A stretch of 64,000 nt of DNA from positions 1-64,000 of IMG/VR virus record IMGVR_UViG_3300031111_000011, one strand, 5' to 3'. A program made the translations under genes and the position numbers. Positions within the stretch are counted from its first letter, which is position 1. Each line of letters starts with the position of its first letter. The stretch is from a virus. The notes under the pieces are model-generated. The model did no database searches, was not told where the DNA came from, and worked only from the letters and a program-made list of their open reading frames with translations. Positions 18,210 through 26,446 of the stretch are shown in pieces.

Positions 18210-18833
18210 ATGTACGCACACGTCGCAACCGCACAAGGCTTTGAGGAAGCCCTGTTTGGGATGGGTCTGAGCCATGGGGTGACGGATCTGAGCATGGTTT
18301 CTCACGGGGATCTCTCTCATGTCGCAGACAAGCTTCTCAAACGGGCAGATCTGCTGGCCCAGAAGGACGGGGGCCACAACAAGTTCCTCGAATCCATCCA
18401 GGTCTGGATTGTTATCCAGGCACCACGGTACTGGTGGCAGGAGTTTGACACCTACCGGATCGGGACCACCAAGCAGTCCGAATCTACCATGCACACCATC
18501 ATGGAGCGGGATCTGGTTCGGGGGGACTTCGAGGATGAGGAAATCTCAGTCTGCCAGTTGGAATACATCAACGACCTGAGAGCCGTTTATCTACGAGAGA
18601 AGACCCGTGGTGATCGGGAAGCCATGGACTCCATTTTCCTCCGCATGAAACGGAATCTCCCTGAAGGATTCCTCCAGACTCGCATGGTCAACGCCAACTA
18701 CAAGGTGCTTCGGAACATCGTGGCACAGCGAATCAATCACCGATTACCTGAATGGCAGGTATTCATCAACGCACTCCGAGAACTTCCGAAAGCGGAGTGG
18801 ATCAACCCCAAACTACTGGAAGGAGATGTGTAA
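18210..18833 (+). CDS. ThyX-like (flavin-dependent thymidylate synthase fold) protein with a divergent RHR motif
   Basis: IQAPRYWWQEFDTYRIGTTKQSES aligns to the ThyX APxxxxRQxxRHRxxSxNExS region; C-terminal LP..TR..N..L.N..R..AQ.E pattern also ThyX-like; RHR is replaced by TYR. Confidence 0.55.
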   Translation: MYAHVATAQGFEEALFGMGLSHGVTDLSMVSHGDLSHVADKLLKRADLLAQKDGGHNKFLESIQVWIVIQAPRYWWQEFDTYRIGTTKQSESTMHTIMERDLVRGDFEDEEISVCQLEYINDLRAVYLREKTRGDREAMDSIFLRMKRNLPEGFLQTRMVNANYKVLRNIVAQRINHRLPEWQVFINALRELPKAEWINPKLLEGDV

Positions 18834-18836
18834 CAA

Positions 18837-19454
18837 GTGAAGCAAGTGCAAGTGCGTATCACGAACGTGGAATTCGGAAAGAATCCCAGAGCGGGTAACC
18901 GTGATGGGGTGTTCGTCCATGCCTGGAATACCCGGCAGGACAAGCAGATCGCTCCAAAGTTCGTGTTCGCCAAACTTCCGAAGGGTGGAGACAATCCTCT
19001 CTACCAGCGGATCAAGAGTGAGTTGAGTGAAGGTGTGGAATGCACCTTTATCCTCGATGACCAGAACTACTGGAACCTGACGGACTTCCAGAATGTCAGT
19101 GGAGGTTCTGGTGGGCAGTCCAGCCCCCCTACTCCTGGTGGAGGAAACAAGACCTCCGGTGGTGGCGGGAAAGGACTGAGTGGGCAGTTCCGTAAGCCTG
19201 AAGAGATCTCTCGTACTGAGTGCCTCGTCATTGCGGAACGGATGGTTGCTAACGCCATGGGGAATGCCGAGCAGTTCGGTAAGGTCTTCAAAAAGACCTT
19301 GACCTTCGATCTGATTCGTTCCGAGGTTCTCTCCACTGCTGGTGAGCTCGTCAAGTTTGTGGAAGGCAAGCTCGACGTCGGTGCCCCCGAAGCATCCACA
19401 GGTGACCTGAATAGCCCTGGAGCCAACGCTCCTGACGACGACATCCCGTACTGA
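18837..19454 (+). CDS. ssb: single-stranded DNA-binding protein with Gly-rich linker and bacterial-type acidic tip
   Basis: Gly/Ser/Pro linker then C-terminal DDDIPY (compare E. coli SSB DDDIPF); sits in the replication module. Confidence 0.65.
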   Translation: MKQVQVRITNVEFGKNPRAGNRDGVFVHAWNTRQDKQIAPKFVFAKLPKGGDNPLYQRIKSELSEGVECTFILDDQNYWNLTDFQNVSGGSGGQSSPPTPGGGNKTSGGGGKGLSGQFRKPEEISRTECLVIAERMVANAMGNAEQFGKVFKKTLTFDLIRSEVLSTAGELVKFVEGKLDVGAPEASTGDLNSPGANAPDDDIPY

Positions 19455-19642
19455 TGTCATTCACGCAGCTTGCTGCCTGGGTGGGTCTGCTCATTGGAAC
19501 CATCCTTATGTTCGGAGGGGTCATTGCACCCCTCCTGAACGCAACCGTTGATGTTCTTGTGATTGCCGGGATCACTGTCCTGGCTCTCACAGTCTGGGGA
19601 TTCTGCAAACTCGTCGTTCAGATCCTCGACAAACTCTACTAA
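19454..19642 (+). CDS. small membrane protein (62 aa, 2 TM)
   Basis: Hydrophobic throughout; ATGA overlap. Confidence 0.5.
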   Translation: MSFTQLAAWVGLLIGTILMFGGVIAPLLNATVDVLVIAGITVLALTVWGFCKLVVQILDKLY

Positions 19643-19669
19643 TCCAACCAAAAAGGAGGACAACACACT

Positions 19670-20539
19670 ATGAAACGACTTTTTTTGATCGCTCTGACTA
19701 TCCTGATGGCCTTTTCCCTCTCCGCTTGCGGAGTTTCCCACGTCGATCCCAACGAGGAACTCGCCCTGGTGAGCAAACTGGGTGACGGCAAGGGCTCCAT
19801 CCAGGTCTACGGTACCGGGTGGCAGTTTTACAACCCGCTGAAGTGGACCGGCAAGACCTTCTCCCTGGCCCGAACCACCATCAAGTGGGTGACTGAAGAC
19901 CCCAACACCGGTGCTTTCACCTTCAACAGCAGCAAGGGGCTCAAGTTCCAAGTGGATGTCGGGGCTACTGTCCAGATGCGAAAGGGTGCGTCTGCCGAGG
20001 CGTACCGACTCTACAAGAAGGACATCAACGCTGTCCTGAACTCCGACTTCGGGAACAACCTGCGGGAGGCGTTCAACGACGCTGGTTCCCAACGCGCCAC
20101 AGAGGAAATCTACGGCGACAAGAAAGCCTTCGTGGATGCTGTCGAGGAAATCATGCAGAAGCGATTCTCCGTCCTCTTCCAGGACGTGGACATTTTCCTG
20201 CTCAATGACATGATTCTCCCGCCTTCGGTCAAGGCCGGTATCGAGCGTAAGGAAGCCGCCCGTCAGAAAGCCGAGCAGCGAGAGAACGAGATCGCTGAGG
20301 CCACCGCTGACCGGCTGAAGAAACAACAGGCCACCGATGCTGTTGCCTACGAGATCGAGCGCACTGCCCAGGCCAAGGCCAAGGAGATCACCTCCATTGC
20401 CGAAGCTGAGGCGAAAGCCATCATGCTGAAACGGGCTCAGATCACCCCTGAATACGTCGAGTACGTCAAGGTCAACGGATGGGACGGCAAGCTTCCCCAG
20501 GTCACGGGAGGCGCTGGCACCCTGATCGACTTGCGGTAA
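19670..20539 (+). CDS. SPFH/band-7 (prohibitin-like) domain lipoprotein
   Basis: Lipobox LSAC at residues 17-20; band-7 core; coiled-coil C-terminus. Confidence 0.7.
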   Translation: MKRLFLIALTILMAFSLSACGVSHVDPNEELALVSKLGDGKGSIQVYGTGWQFYNPLKWTGKTFSLARTTIKWVTEDPNTGAFTFNSSKGLKFQVDVGATVQMRKGASAEAYRLYKKDINAVLNSDFGNNLREAFNDAGSQRATEEIYGDKKAFVDAVEEIMQKRFSVLFQDVDIFLLNDMILPPSVKAGIERKEAARQKAEQRENEIAEATADRLKKQQATDAVAYEIERTAQAKAKEITSIAEAEAKAIMLKRAQITPEYVEYVKVNGWDGKLPQVTGGAGTLIDLR

Positions 20540-20548
20540 CCCTCAACC

Positions 20549-20579
20549 GGGGAGGGGGAATCTGCCCCCCTCCCCTTCT
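20549..20579 (+). terminator. GC-rich hairpin (terminator-like) after the SPFH gene
   Basis: GGGGAGGGGG-aatctg-CCCCCCTCCCC; weak T-tract. Confidence 0.45.
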
Positions 20580-20671
20580 GAAAGGAAATAAAGATCCAAG
20601 ACTGTTTACCCCTCCGACTGGCATTCGAGGCATATAACACACCGTGGACTAAACCACGGAACACATACTAC

Positions 20672-21481
20672 GTGACGGAGCTTATCACTCCACCTCGAAT
20701 TGTTCAGCTTCGGACCCGACACAAGGACCGTATCCCGCTCACTTCCATCGATGATTCGGCCAAGGCACTTGAAGGTAACGGGTTCCATAGCATGATGGAA
20801 AGGTGGCTCTACCGTTCTCCCCGAAAGAGTGAGTTCCTGAACGAATTTCGTGTCTTCGACAAGATCCACGGAAGGAAGGTGGTCGGAAAACTCGATGTTT
20901 TCCATAAACCCTCCGGGACACTCTACGATTACAAATCTACGAGCATCTACAAGGCGATGTTCGGAGATGTCGAGGACTTCGAGAACCAGCTAAACATCTA
21001 CGCATGGTTCATGTCCCAGGAAGGGTACGATGTAAACGCCATCAAGGTCATCTTCTGGCACTTCATGTGGGACAAATTCCAGATGATGCGCGACCCAAAG
21101 TACCCTCGTCACAAGTATCATGAAATCGATATTCCCCTCTGGACTTTAGAAGAGAGAGAGGAGTTTCTTTTCAGCAAGGTGCGGCAGCACGTAGCGGCAG
21201 AGAGTCTTGCTGATGATGACCTCCCCTACTGCACTCCTTCGGAGATGTGGGAGAAGGACACCAAGTACGCCATCATGGAACCAGGAGCAAAACGTGCGGC
21301 GAGAGTTCTTGATACACCGGAAGACCTTGAGAAGTATGCGGAATGGAAGGAAACGTCGGGCAAACCACTCAAGAAAGGGTGGAAGATCGAAGAGCGGCCA
21401 GGGACTCGGATGCGATGTGAGCAGTTCTGCTCATGCAATGTCTTCTGCAACCAATACGCGGAGTGGCAGGGTGCGTGTTAG
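20672..21481 (+). CDS. PD-(D/E)xK nuclease, Cas4/RecB-like, with C-terminal Cys cluster
   Basis: GKLDVFHK .. DYKST motif; C-terminal CEQFCSCNVFC; GTG start uncertain. Confidence 0.55.
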   Translation: MTELITPPRIVQLRTRHKDRIPLTSIDDSAKALEGNGFHSMMERWLYRSPRKSEFLNEFRVFDKIHGRKVVGKLDVFHKPSGTLYDYKSTSIYKAMFGDVEDFENQLNIYAWFMSQEGYDVNAIKVIFWHFMWDKFQMMRDPKYPRHKYHEIDIPLWTLEEREEFLFSKVRQHVAAESLADDDLPYCTPSEMWEKDTKYAIMEPGAKRAARVLDTPEDLEKYAEWKETSGKPLKKGWKIEERPGTRMRCEQFCSCNVFCNQYAEWQGAC

Positions 21482-21962
21482 AATTCCCTCTTCTTTTCGT
21501 TCACTGGCAAAGGCGATTGAGTTTTGGGAAAACGTCCCAAAGGGGCAAAGAACAAAGGCCAATGCTCGGAGGGTAGCCAATGTTGTAGGCTATCGTTCCA
21601 TGGCTGAAGTCAAGTTTGCTGCTGATCTGAAAGCAAAGAAGATCAAGTTTGACTATGAGCCGGAGAAGTTCCAGTACATCCCACCAGCGAAAAACTACAC
21701 ACCTGATTTCCGAATCAAGAAACGAAAGCGCTCTGGTGGGTATATGTACATCGAGTTCAAAGGGAATTTCAAAGGCTCTGATCGGACCAAAATGCTCTTA
21801 GTGAAGCGGGATCACCCAGAGATGGATCTTCGGCTTGTCTTTATGAAGGCTGACAACAGACTCAATCGGAACTCGAAGACCACTTATGCGAAGTGGTGTG
21901 ACAAAAACGGATTCAAATGGGCTGATGGTGGAGTGCTGCCGGATGCCTGGGCAAAGGAATAG
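21471..21962 (+). CDS. Holliday-junction resolvase, T7 endonuclease I (gp3) homologue
   Basis: KFDYEPEKFQYIPPAKNYTPDF, VKRDHPEMDLRLVF and YAKWCDKNGFKWADGGVLPDAWAKE match T7 gp3 blocks from memory; GTG 21471 or ATG 21600 as start. Confidence 0.7.
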   Translation: MRVRIPSSFRSLAKAIEFWENVPKGQRTKANARRVANVVGYRSMAEVKFAADLKAKKIKFDYEPEKFQYIPPAKNYTPDFRIKKRKRSGGYMYIEFKGNFKGSDRTKMLLVKRDHPEMDLRLVFMKADNRLNRNSKTTYAKWCDKNGFKWADGGVLPDAWAKE

Positions 21963-21969
21963 GAGGTAC

Positions 21970-22404
21970 ATGCAACCTACCATTTACTTCAAGCAGTTGG
22001 ACAAGAGAGCCATCGTCCCTGTGTATCAGTCCCCTGGTGCCAGTGGGTTTGATTTCCATGCGCTCGACGGGGGCCAGATCCTTCCTGGTGAGATTGTCCT
22101 GTTTGAAACAGGACTCGCTTGTGAGATCCCGATTGGCCTGGAACTCCAAGTCAGACCCCGGTCTGGTCTTGCAGTGAAACACGGCATCACAGTGGTCAAC
22201 GCACCTGGGACGGTGGATTCAGATTACCGGGGTCCGATCATGGTCGGGCTGATCAACCTGGGTCGGACACACCACATGGTCAGGGCTGGAGATAGGATTG
22301 CACAGGGTGTTATCCAGGAAGTGAAAATCCCTCATATCCTTGTCGTAGAACATCTATCGGAGACGGAACGTGGATCGGGCGGTTTTGGATCAACAGGTCG
22401 ATAG
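21970..22404 (+). CDS. dut: dUTP pyrophosphatase
   Basis: RSGLA, GTVDSDYRG and GGFGSTG motifs; AGGAGG RBS. Confidence 0.9.
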   Translation: MQPTIYFKQLDKRAIVPVYQSPGASGFDFHALDGGQILPGEIVLFETGLACEIPIGLELQVRPRSGLAVKHGITVVNAPGTVDSDYRGPIMVGLINLGRTHHMVRAGDRIAQGVIQEVKIPHILVVEHLSETERGSGGFGSTGR

Positions 22405-22524
22405 AATTATCGAAGCTTCTGAGATCCTTCGTATGAAGGGTACCAGCAACCCGACCCTGGATGATCTGACAGATCTTGCCGAAGAGCTTCAAGACGTCGC
22501 TGAAATTATCACGGAGGAATACCT

Positions 22525-22701
22525 ATGAACGGAAAGAAAGCCAAAGCCATTCGGAAAGCGGTCTATCGAGATGTACCTGGAGGCTCCACTGGGGAGCAGC
22601 GCCGGTATGTCCAACACACCAAAACCAAGGTTGTCTACGTGACCGGCCATCGACGTGCCTACGTGGATGCCAAGAAACTCATCAAAGAAAGGGGGATCTA
22701 A
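22525..22701 (+). CDS. hypothetical basic protein (58 aa)
   Basis: ACGGAGGAATACCT then ATG; not in ORF track. Confidence 0.4.
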   Translation: MNGKKAKAIRKAVYRDVPGGSTGEQRRYVQHTKTKVVYVTGHRRAYVDAKKLIKERGI

Positions 22702-22916
22702 TGAAACACGCAATCAAACGCCGGGTCTTTTTCTGGAGAAACTTCAACTTCGTGATGCGGGGTTTTCGTCGGCTGAGTACCCGGCTGGAGCGGATTCAGA
22801 AGGAGCGAAAAGCGGAACTCATCGCCATGGCAATCAAGATGAATGCCCTGGAGCGGGAACATGAGGACACGTCGGTGACCCTCAAGAACCTCAAGGAGAT
22901 GTTTCCGGCCCTGTAA
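22701..22916 (+). CDS. hypothetical protein (71 aa)
   Basis: ATG overlapping upstream TAA; frame of track ORF 22476..22916. Confidence 0.45.
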   Translation: MKHAIKRRVFFWRNFNFVMRGFRRLSTRLERIQKERKAELIAMAIKMNALEREHEDTSVTLKNLKEMFPAL

Positions 22917-24823
22917 TGTTCCCAACGCTGTACCAGGAGTTCATCTACAAGCGAACCTATTCTCGGTGGCTGGATGAACTCCTTCGGAGAGAGGAGTGGG
23001 AGGACACGGTAGCTCGGTACCAAGAGTTCTTCCTGGACGGTAAACTCAAGGATATTCCCGATGCAGCTAAGGTGGAATTCCTTGAGGCTACCGGTGCAAT
23101 CTACAACCTCGAAGTTATGGGGTCCATGCGGACCCTGTGGACTGCTGGTCCTGCCTTGGCCCGTGAAAACATCTGCGGGTACAACTGTGCTTACAAGGCA
23201 GTCAATACTGTGCGAAGCTTCGCTGAGATCCTGTACATCCTGCTCTGTGGTACTGGGGTTGGGTACAGTGTGGAGCGGCAGGAGATCAACCAACTCCCTG
23301 AAGTCCCGCCTTACTTCTCCACTCCAGAACGCACCGTTGTGTTCTCTGATTCGAAGAAGGGATGGGCTGAGGGATTTCTCAAGTGGATGAACGCCCTCTA
23401 TAAGGGTGAGTTGCTTGAGTACGACCTCTCCCGAATCCGTCCTGCTGGATCACGGCTGAAGACCTTCGGGGGCAGAGCCAGTGGACCTGAGCCCCTCCAG
23501 GAACTTCTGGAATTCGCCAAACGCATTTTTCTCAGTGCCAAGGGACGGAAGCTAACGAGCCTGGAATGTTACGACATCTGCTGCAAGATCGCTGAGGTGG
23601 TTGTCGTAGGAGGTGTGAGACGGTCTGCCTGTATTTGCCTCACCAACCTGTCCGATGACCGGATGGCTAAGGCCAAGACGGGTGAGTTCTGGCTTCTCAA
23701 CCCCCAGAGATCCCTGTCCAACAATTCGGTGGCGTACACCGAGAAGCCTCAAGTGCGGAAGTTCATGAGTGAGTGGCTCAAGCTCATGGAGTCCCAGACC
23801 GGAGAGCGGGGGATCTTCAATCGAAGAGCAGCAGAGGTTGCTGTGCAGCGCACCCTACGCCGAAAGGGAGGGTTCGCTTGGGGCTGCAATCCTTGCGGGG
23901 AAGTGATTCTCCGTCCGTCTGGTCAGTTCTGCAACCTGAGCGAGGCGATCATTCGGGCTGAGGACACTCTTGAAACAATTCTCAAGAAGGTCCGATACGC
24001 AACCATCCTGGGTTGTGTCCAGGCCACACTCACTGCGTTCAAATTTCTGGGGAGTTCATGGACAGTGAACACCGAGGAGGAGCGACTCCTTGGGGTGTCT
24101 CTCACAGGTCTTATGGACCATCCAATTCTTAGTGAGGTGTCGGACAAGGCCAAGGCATGGCTTGTCAAGATGAAAGGAGAGGCCATTGAAACAGCGGAAA
24201 GGTGGTCGGAGATTCTTGGAATTCCGATGCCGAAAGCGATTACGACCGTCAAGCCGTCTGGAACAGTCAGTCAACTGGTTGACTCTGCATCCGGACTTCA
24301 CCCTCGCTTTGCTCCTTTCTATGTACGCCGGGTTCGTGTCTCTGCGACAGATCCTGTAGCGAAGATGCTTGTTGACCAGGGAGTTCCCTGTAGCCCTGAA
24401 GTCGGACAGGACACGGTAAGTCCATCCACTTGGGTCTTTGAGTTCCCGGTTAAGTCTCCGGACAACGCGAAGGTAGCCAGCGCAATCACTGCTCTGGAGC
24501 AGTTGGAGTACTGGCTGATGCTCAAACAGCATTGGTGTGAACACAACCCCTCTTGCACGGTCTATGTGGGAGAGGATGAGTGGTTGGAAGTGGGTGCATG
24601 GGTGTGGAAACACTGGGATGAGATTTGCGGTCTTACCTTCATGCCTCGCAGTGACGCAGTTTACAAACTTGCTCCTTATGAGGAGGTAGATGCGAGGACT
24701 TACTACGATCTTGTTGACGCTCTTCCTGACATCAATTTTGGTGAATTGTCTCGATACGAAACCGAAGACCTCACTGAAGGGAGCAGAGAATTCGCCTGTC
24801 AGGGAGGAGCTTGCGAACTATGA
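22916..24823 (+). CDS. nrdJ: ribonucleotide reductase, class II (adenosylcobalamin-type) candidate
   Basis: NPCGEV and CNLSE active-site blocks; N-terminal YKRTYSRW..EEWEDTVARY; 635 aa single chain with no separate radical-generating subunit nearby. Confidence 0.75.
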   Translation: MFPTLYQEFIYKRTYSRWLDELLRREEWEDTVARYQEFFLDGKLKDIPDAAKVEFLEATGAIYNLEVMGSMRTLWTAGPALARENICGYNCAYKAVNTVRSFAEILYILLCGTGVGYSVERQEINQLPEVPPYFSTPERTVVFSDSKKGWAEGFLKWMNALYKGELLEYDLSRIRPAGSRLKTFGGRASGPEPLQELLEFAKRIFLSAKGRKLTSLECYDICCKIAEVVVVGGVRRSACICLTNLSDDRMAKAKTGEFWLLNPQRSLSNNSVAYTEKPQVRKFMSEWLKLMESQTGERGIFNRRAAEVAVQRTLRRKGGFAWGCNPCGEVILRPSGQFCNLSEAIIRAEDTLETILKKVRYATILGCVQATLTAFKFLGSSWTVNTEEERLLGVSLTGLMDHPILSEVSDKAKAWLVKMKGEAIETAERWSEILGIPMPKAITTVKPSGTVSQLVDSASGLHPRFAPFYVRRVRVSATDPVAKMLVDQGVPCSPEVGQDTVSPSTWVFEFPVKSPDNAKVASAITALEQLEYWLMLKQHWCEHNPSCTVYVGEDEWLEVGAWVWKHWDEICGLTFMPRSDAVYKLAPYEEVDARTYYDLVDALPDINFGELSRYETEDLTEGSREFACQGGACEL

Positions 24824-24966
24824 AAATGATTCTGGAGTACGTCGCAGGGATTTTTATCTCACTTGGGGCCATCATCGGAGCGGGTGCGGTGATGGTTATT
24901 GCAACTTTGGCCGCAACGTGGCCCTTTTGGGTTGCTCTTGCCTGTATCGTTTACATCTTCTTTTAG
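24820..24966 (+). CDS. small hydrophobic membrane protein (48 aa); holin candidate
   Basis: ATGA overlap with RNR stop; almost entirely TM. Confidence 0.4.
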   Translation: MKMILEYVAGIFISLGAIIGAGAVMVIATLAATWPFWVALACIVYIFF

Positions 24967-24975
24967 GAGGCCAAC

Positions 24976-25080
24976 ATGACAATCGAACGCTTTATGGAGT
25001 GGGTCATGGTGGGGATCATCGTTGTTGCGGGGATCTTCATCACTCTCGGTATCGACTCACTCTCCAACATCCTGAGTTAG
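24976..25080 (+). CDS. small membrane protein (34 aa); holin/antiholin candidate
   Basis: AGGAGG RBS then ATG; one TM. Confidence 0.35.
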   Translation: MTIERFMEWVMVGIIVVAGIFITLGIDSLSNILS

Positions 25081-25089
25081 GAGGTGGCC

Positions 25090-25329
25090 TTGAATCAGAA
25101 GGGATTCACTTTGATCGAACTGATGATTGTGGTTGCGATCATTGGGATCTTGGGCGCTGTGGCCGTCCCCAATCTCGTTTCTTACAAGCAGAAAGCGGAG
25201 TCGGCAGCACTGGAAATCAAGATCAACCGAGAGAACATGAAAAAGGCGGGGGAGGATCTGAGGGACACCTTCAAGTCCCTCCTCCCCCGGAAGACTTACT
25301 CGAACGAAGTTATTGTGACAAGGGAGTAA
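25090..25329 (+). CDS. type IV prepilin-like protein (class III signal peptide)
   Basis: AGGAGG 6 nt before TTG; MNQKG|[24 protein letters not shown] is a canonical prepilin leader plus N-terminal helix. Confidence 0.55.
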   Translation: MNQKGFTLIELMIVVAIIGILGAVAVPNLVSYKQKAESAALEIKINRENMKKAGEDLRDTFKSLLPRKTYSNEVIVTRE

Positions 25330-25331
25330 CA

Positions 25332-25862
25332 TTGGCAATTGACAAAGACCAGATGCGAGATCTGGTTCGGGATGTCCTGATGTACCTGGACCCTGAGATC
25401 CCCTTCTCTGCTGATGCAGTGGAGTTGATCATGCTCACTATGGCTCAGGAATCCCACATGGGAACATACATTAAGCAGCTTGGTACAGGACCGGCCAAGG
25501 GTGTGGTTCAGATGGAACCCTCTACTGAGGAAGACATCTGGGACAATTACCTGCGGTACAAGAAGGATCTGGCAACTAAGGTACGTGCGCTCTATGCAGC
25601 CATGCAAATCGGGCGTGACTTTGAGCTTGATCCTCTTCGACACAACCTCGCCTACCAGATCGCCATGGCGAGGGTTCACTATCGGAGAGTGAGTGACCCT
25701 CTTCCCAAGGTCCATTTCCAACTTCAGTTTGAGGCTGATGGGATCATCACAGAGAACAGTGTGAAGCGACTCGCTGAGTATTGGAAGGAGCATTACAACA
25801 CACCACTTGGAAAGGGAAAACCTGAAGAGGCGGTGTACAACTATGTGAGGTTCGCTGTATGA
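25332..25862 (+). CDS. lytic transglycosylase (SLT-domain) endolysin candidate
   Basis: MAQESHMG..GTGPAKGVVQME matches the SLT ES..G..GA.GLMQ signature; TTG start after AGGGAG. Confidence 0.55.
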   Translation: MAIDKDQMRDLVRDVLMYLDPEIPFSADAVELIMLTMAQESHMGTYIKQLGTGPAKGVVQMEPSTEEDIWDNYLRYKKDLATKVRALYAAMQIGRDFELDPLRHNLAYQIAMARVHYRRVSDPLPKVHFQLQFEADGIITENSVKRLAEYWKEHYNTPLGKGKPEEAVYNYVRFAV

Positions 25863-26383
25863 GGAACTGCGATAACTGTCGGTACTTAGAGGTTTCTCTA
25901 CGGGATGAGCCGTGCTTCGGGTGTGTAGGGTACAGTAACTGGAAACCCGAACTCCCTCCCAGTGGAGAGGGACAGAAAGGACGAGAAGTAATCGTGAATA
26001 ACTGTGTTCTCCCCGACAGCGGGAAACGAGAAGGGTTCGATAGTGGATCGATTCGAGATAGCCGAGAAGGGAAAGGCCGGTACGATCTGATCAGCCCCTT
26101 CGCTCTGAAGCGGATCGCAGTCCACTACGAAAATGGTGCCAAGAAGTACGCTGACCGGAACTGGGAGAAAGGCCAACCGATCATGCGGTACTTCGACAGT
26201 GCCGTGCGTCACCTCTTCACATGGGTCACAGACAAACTCTGTGGCCGTCCCCATGCGGAGGATCACCTCGCTGCTGCGGCCTGGAACGTCATGGCAATGC
26301 TGGACCACGAGGAACGTATCGCTATTGGCCGACTCCCTACCGGGATCGATGATAGCCCTGGTCCTGCATGGAAGCCCGAATAA
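25859..26383 (+). CDS. hypothetical protein; possibly the dATP/dGTP diphosphohydrolase-associated N-terminal domain family
   Basis: RYDLISPFALKRIAVHYENGAKKYADRNWEKG recalled as a hallmark of that phage domain family; uncertain. Confidence 0.4.
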   Translation: MRNCDNCRYLEVSLRDEPCFGCVGYSNWKPELPPSGEGQKGREVIVNNCVLPDSGKREGFDSGSIRDSREGKGRYDLISPFALKRIAVHYENGAKKYADRNWEKGQPIMRYFDSAVRHLFTWVTDKLCGRPHAEDHLAAAAWNVMAMLDHEERIAIGRLPTGIDDSPGPAWKPE

Positions 26384-26394
26384 ACAACCCACTG

Positions 26395-26422
26395 GAAGGG
26401 GCATATATTTTTTGCCCCTTCC
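26395..26422 (+). terminator. 10-bp GC hairpin (GGAAGGGGCA..TGCCCCTTCC) with a T-rich loop
   Basis: Read directly; immediately followed by palindrome site 6 and the RBS of rtcB. Confidence 0.4.
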
Positions 26423-26438
26423 TTCTCAATATTGAAAA
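26423..26438 (+). promoter_or_regulatory. Palindromic motif TTCTCAATATTGAAAAG, site 6
   Basis: Abuts the AGGAGG RBS of rtcB. Confidence 0.45.
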
Positions 26439-26446
26439 GGAGGACT

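Noticed and set aside
22433-22528. 31-aa ORF (MKGTSNPTLDDL..) between dut and the 58-aa basic protein
   Set aside because: No RBS, very short, and the acidic low-complexity sequence could be chance. Not listed as a feature.
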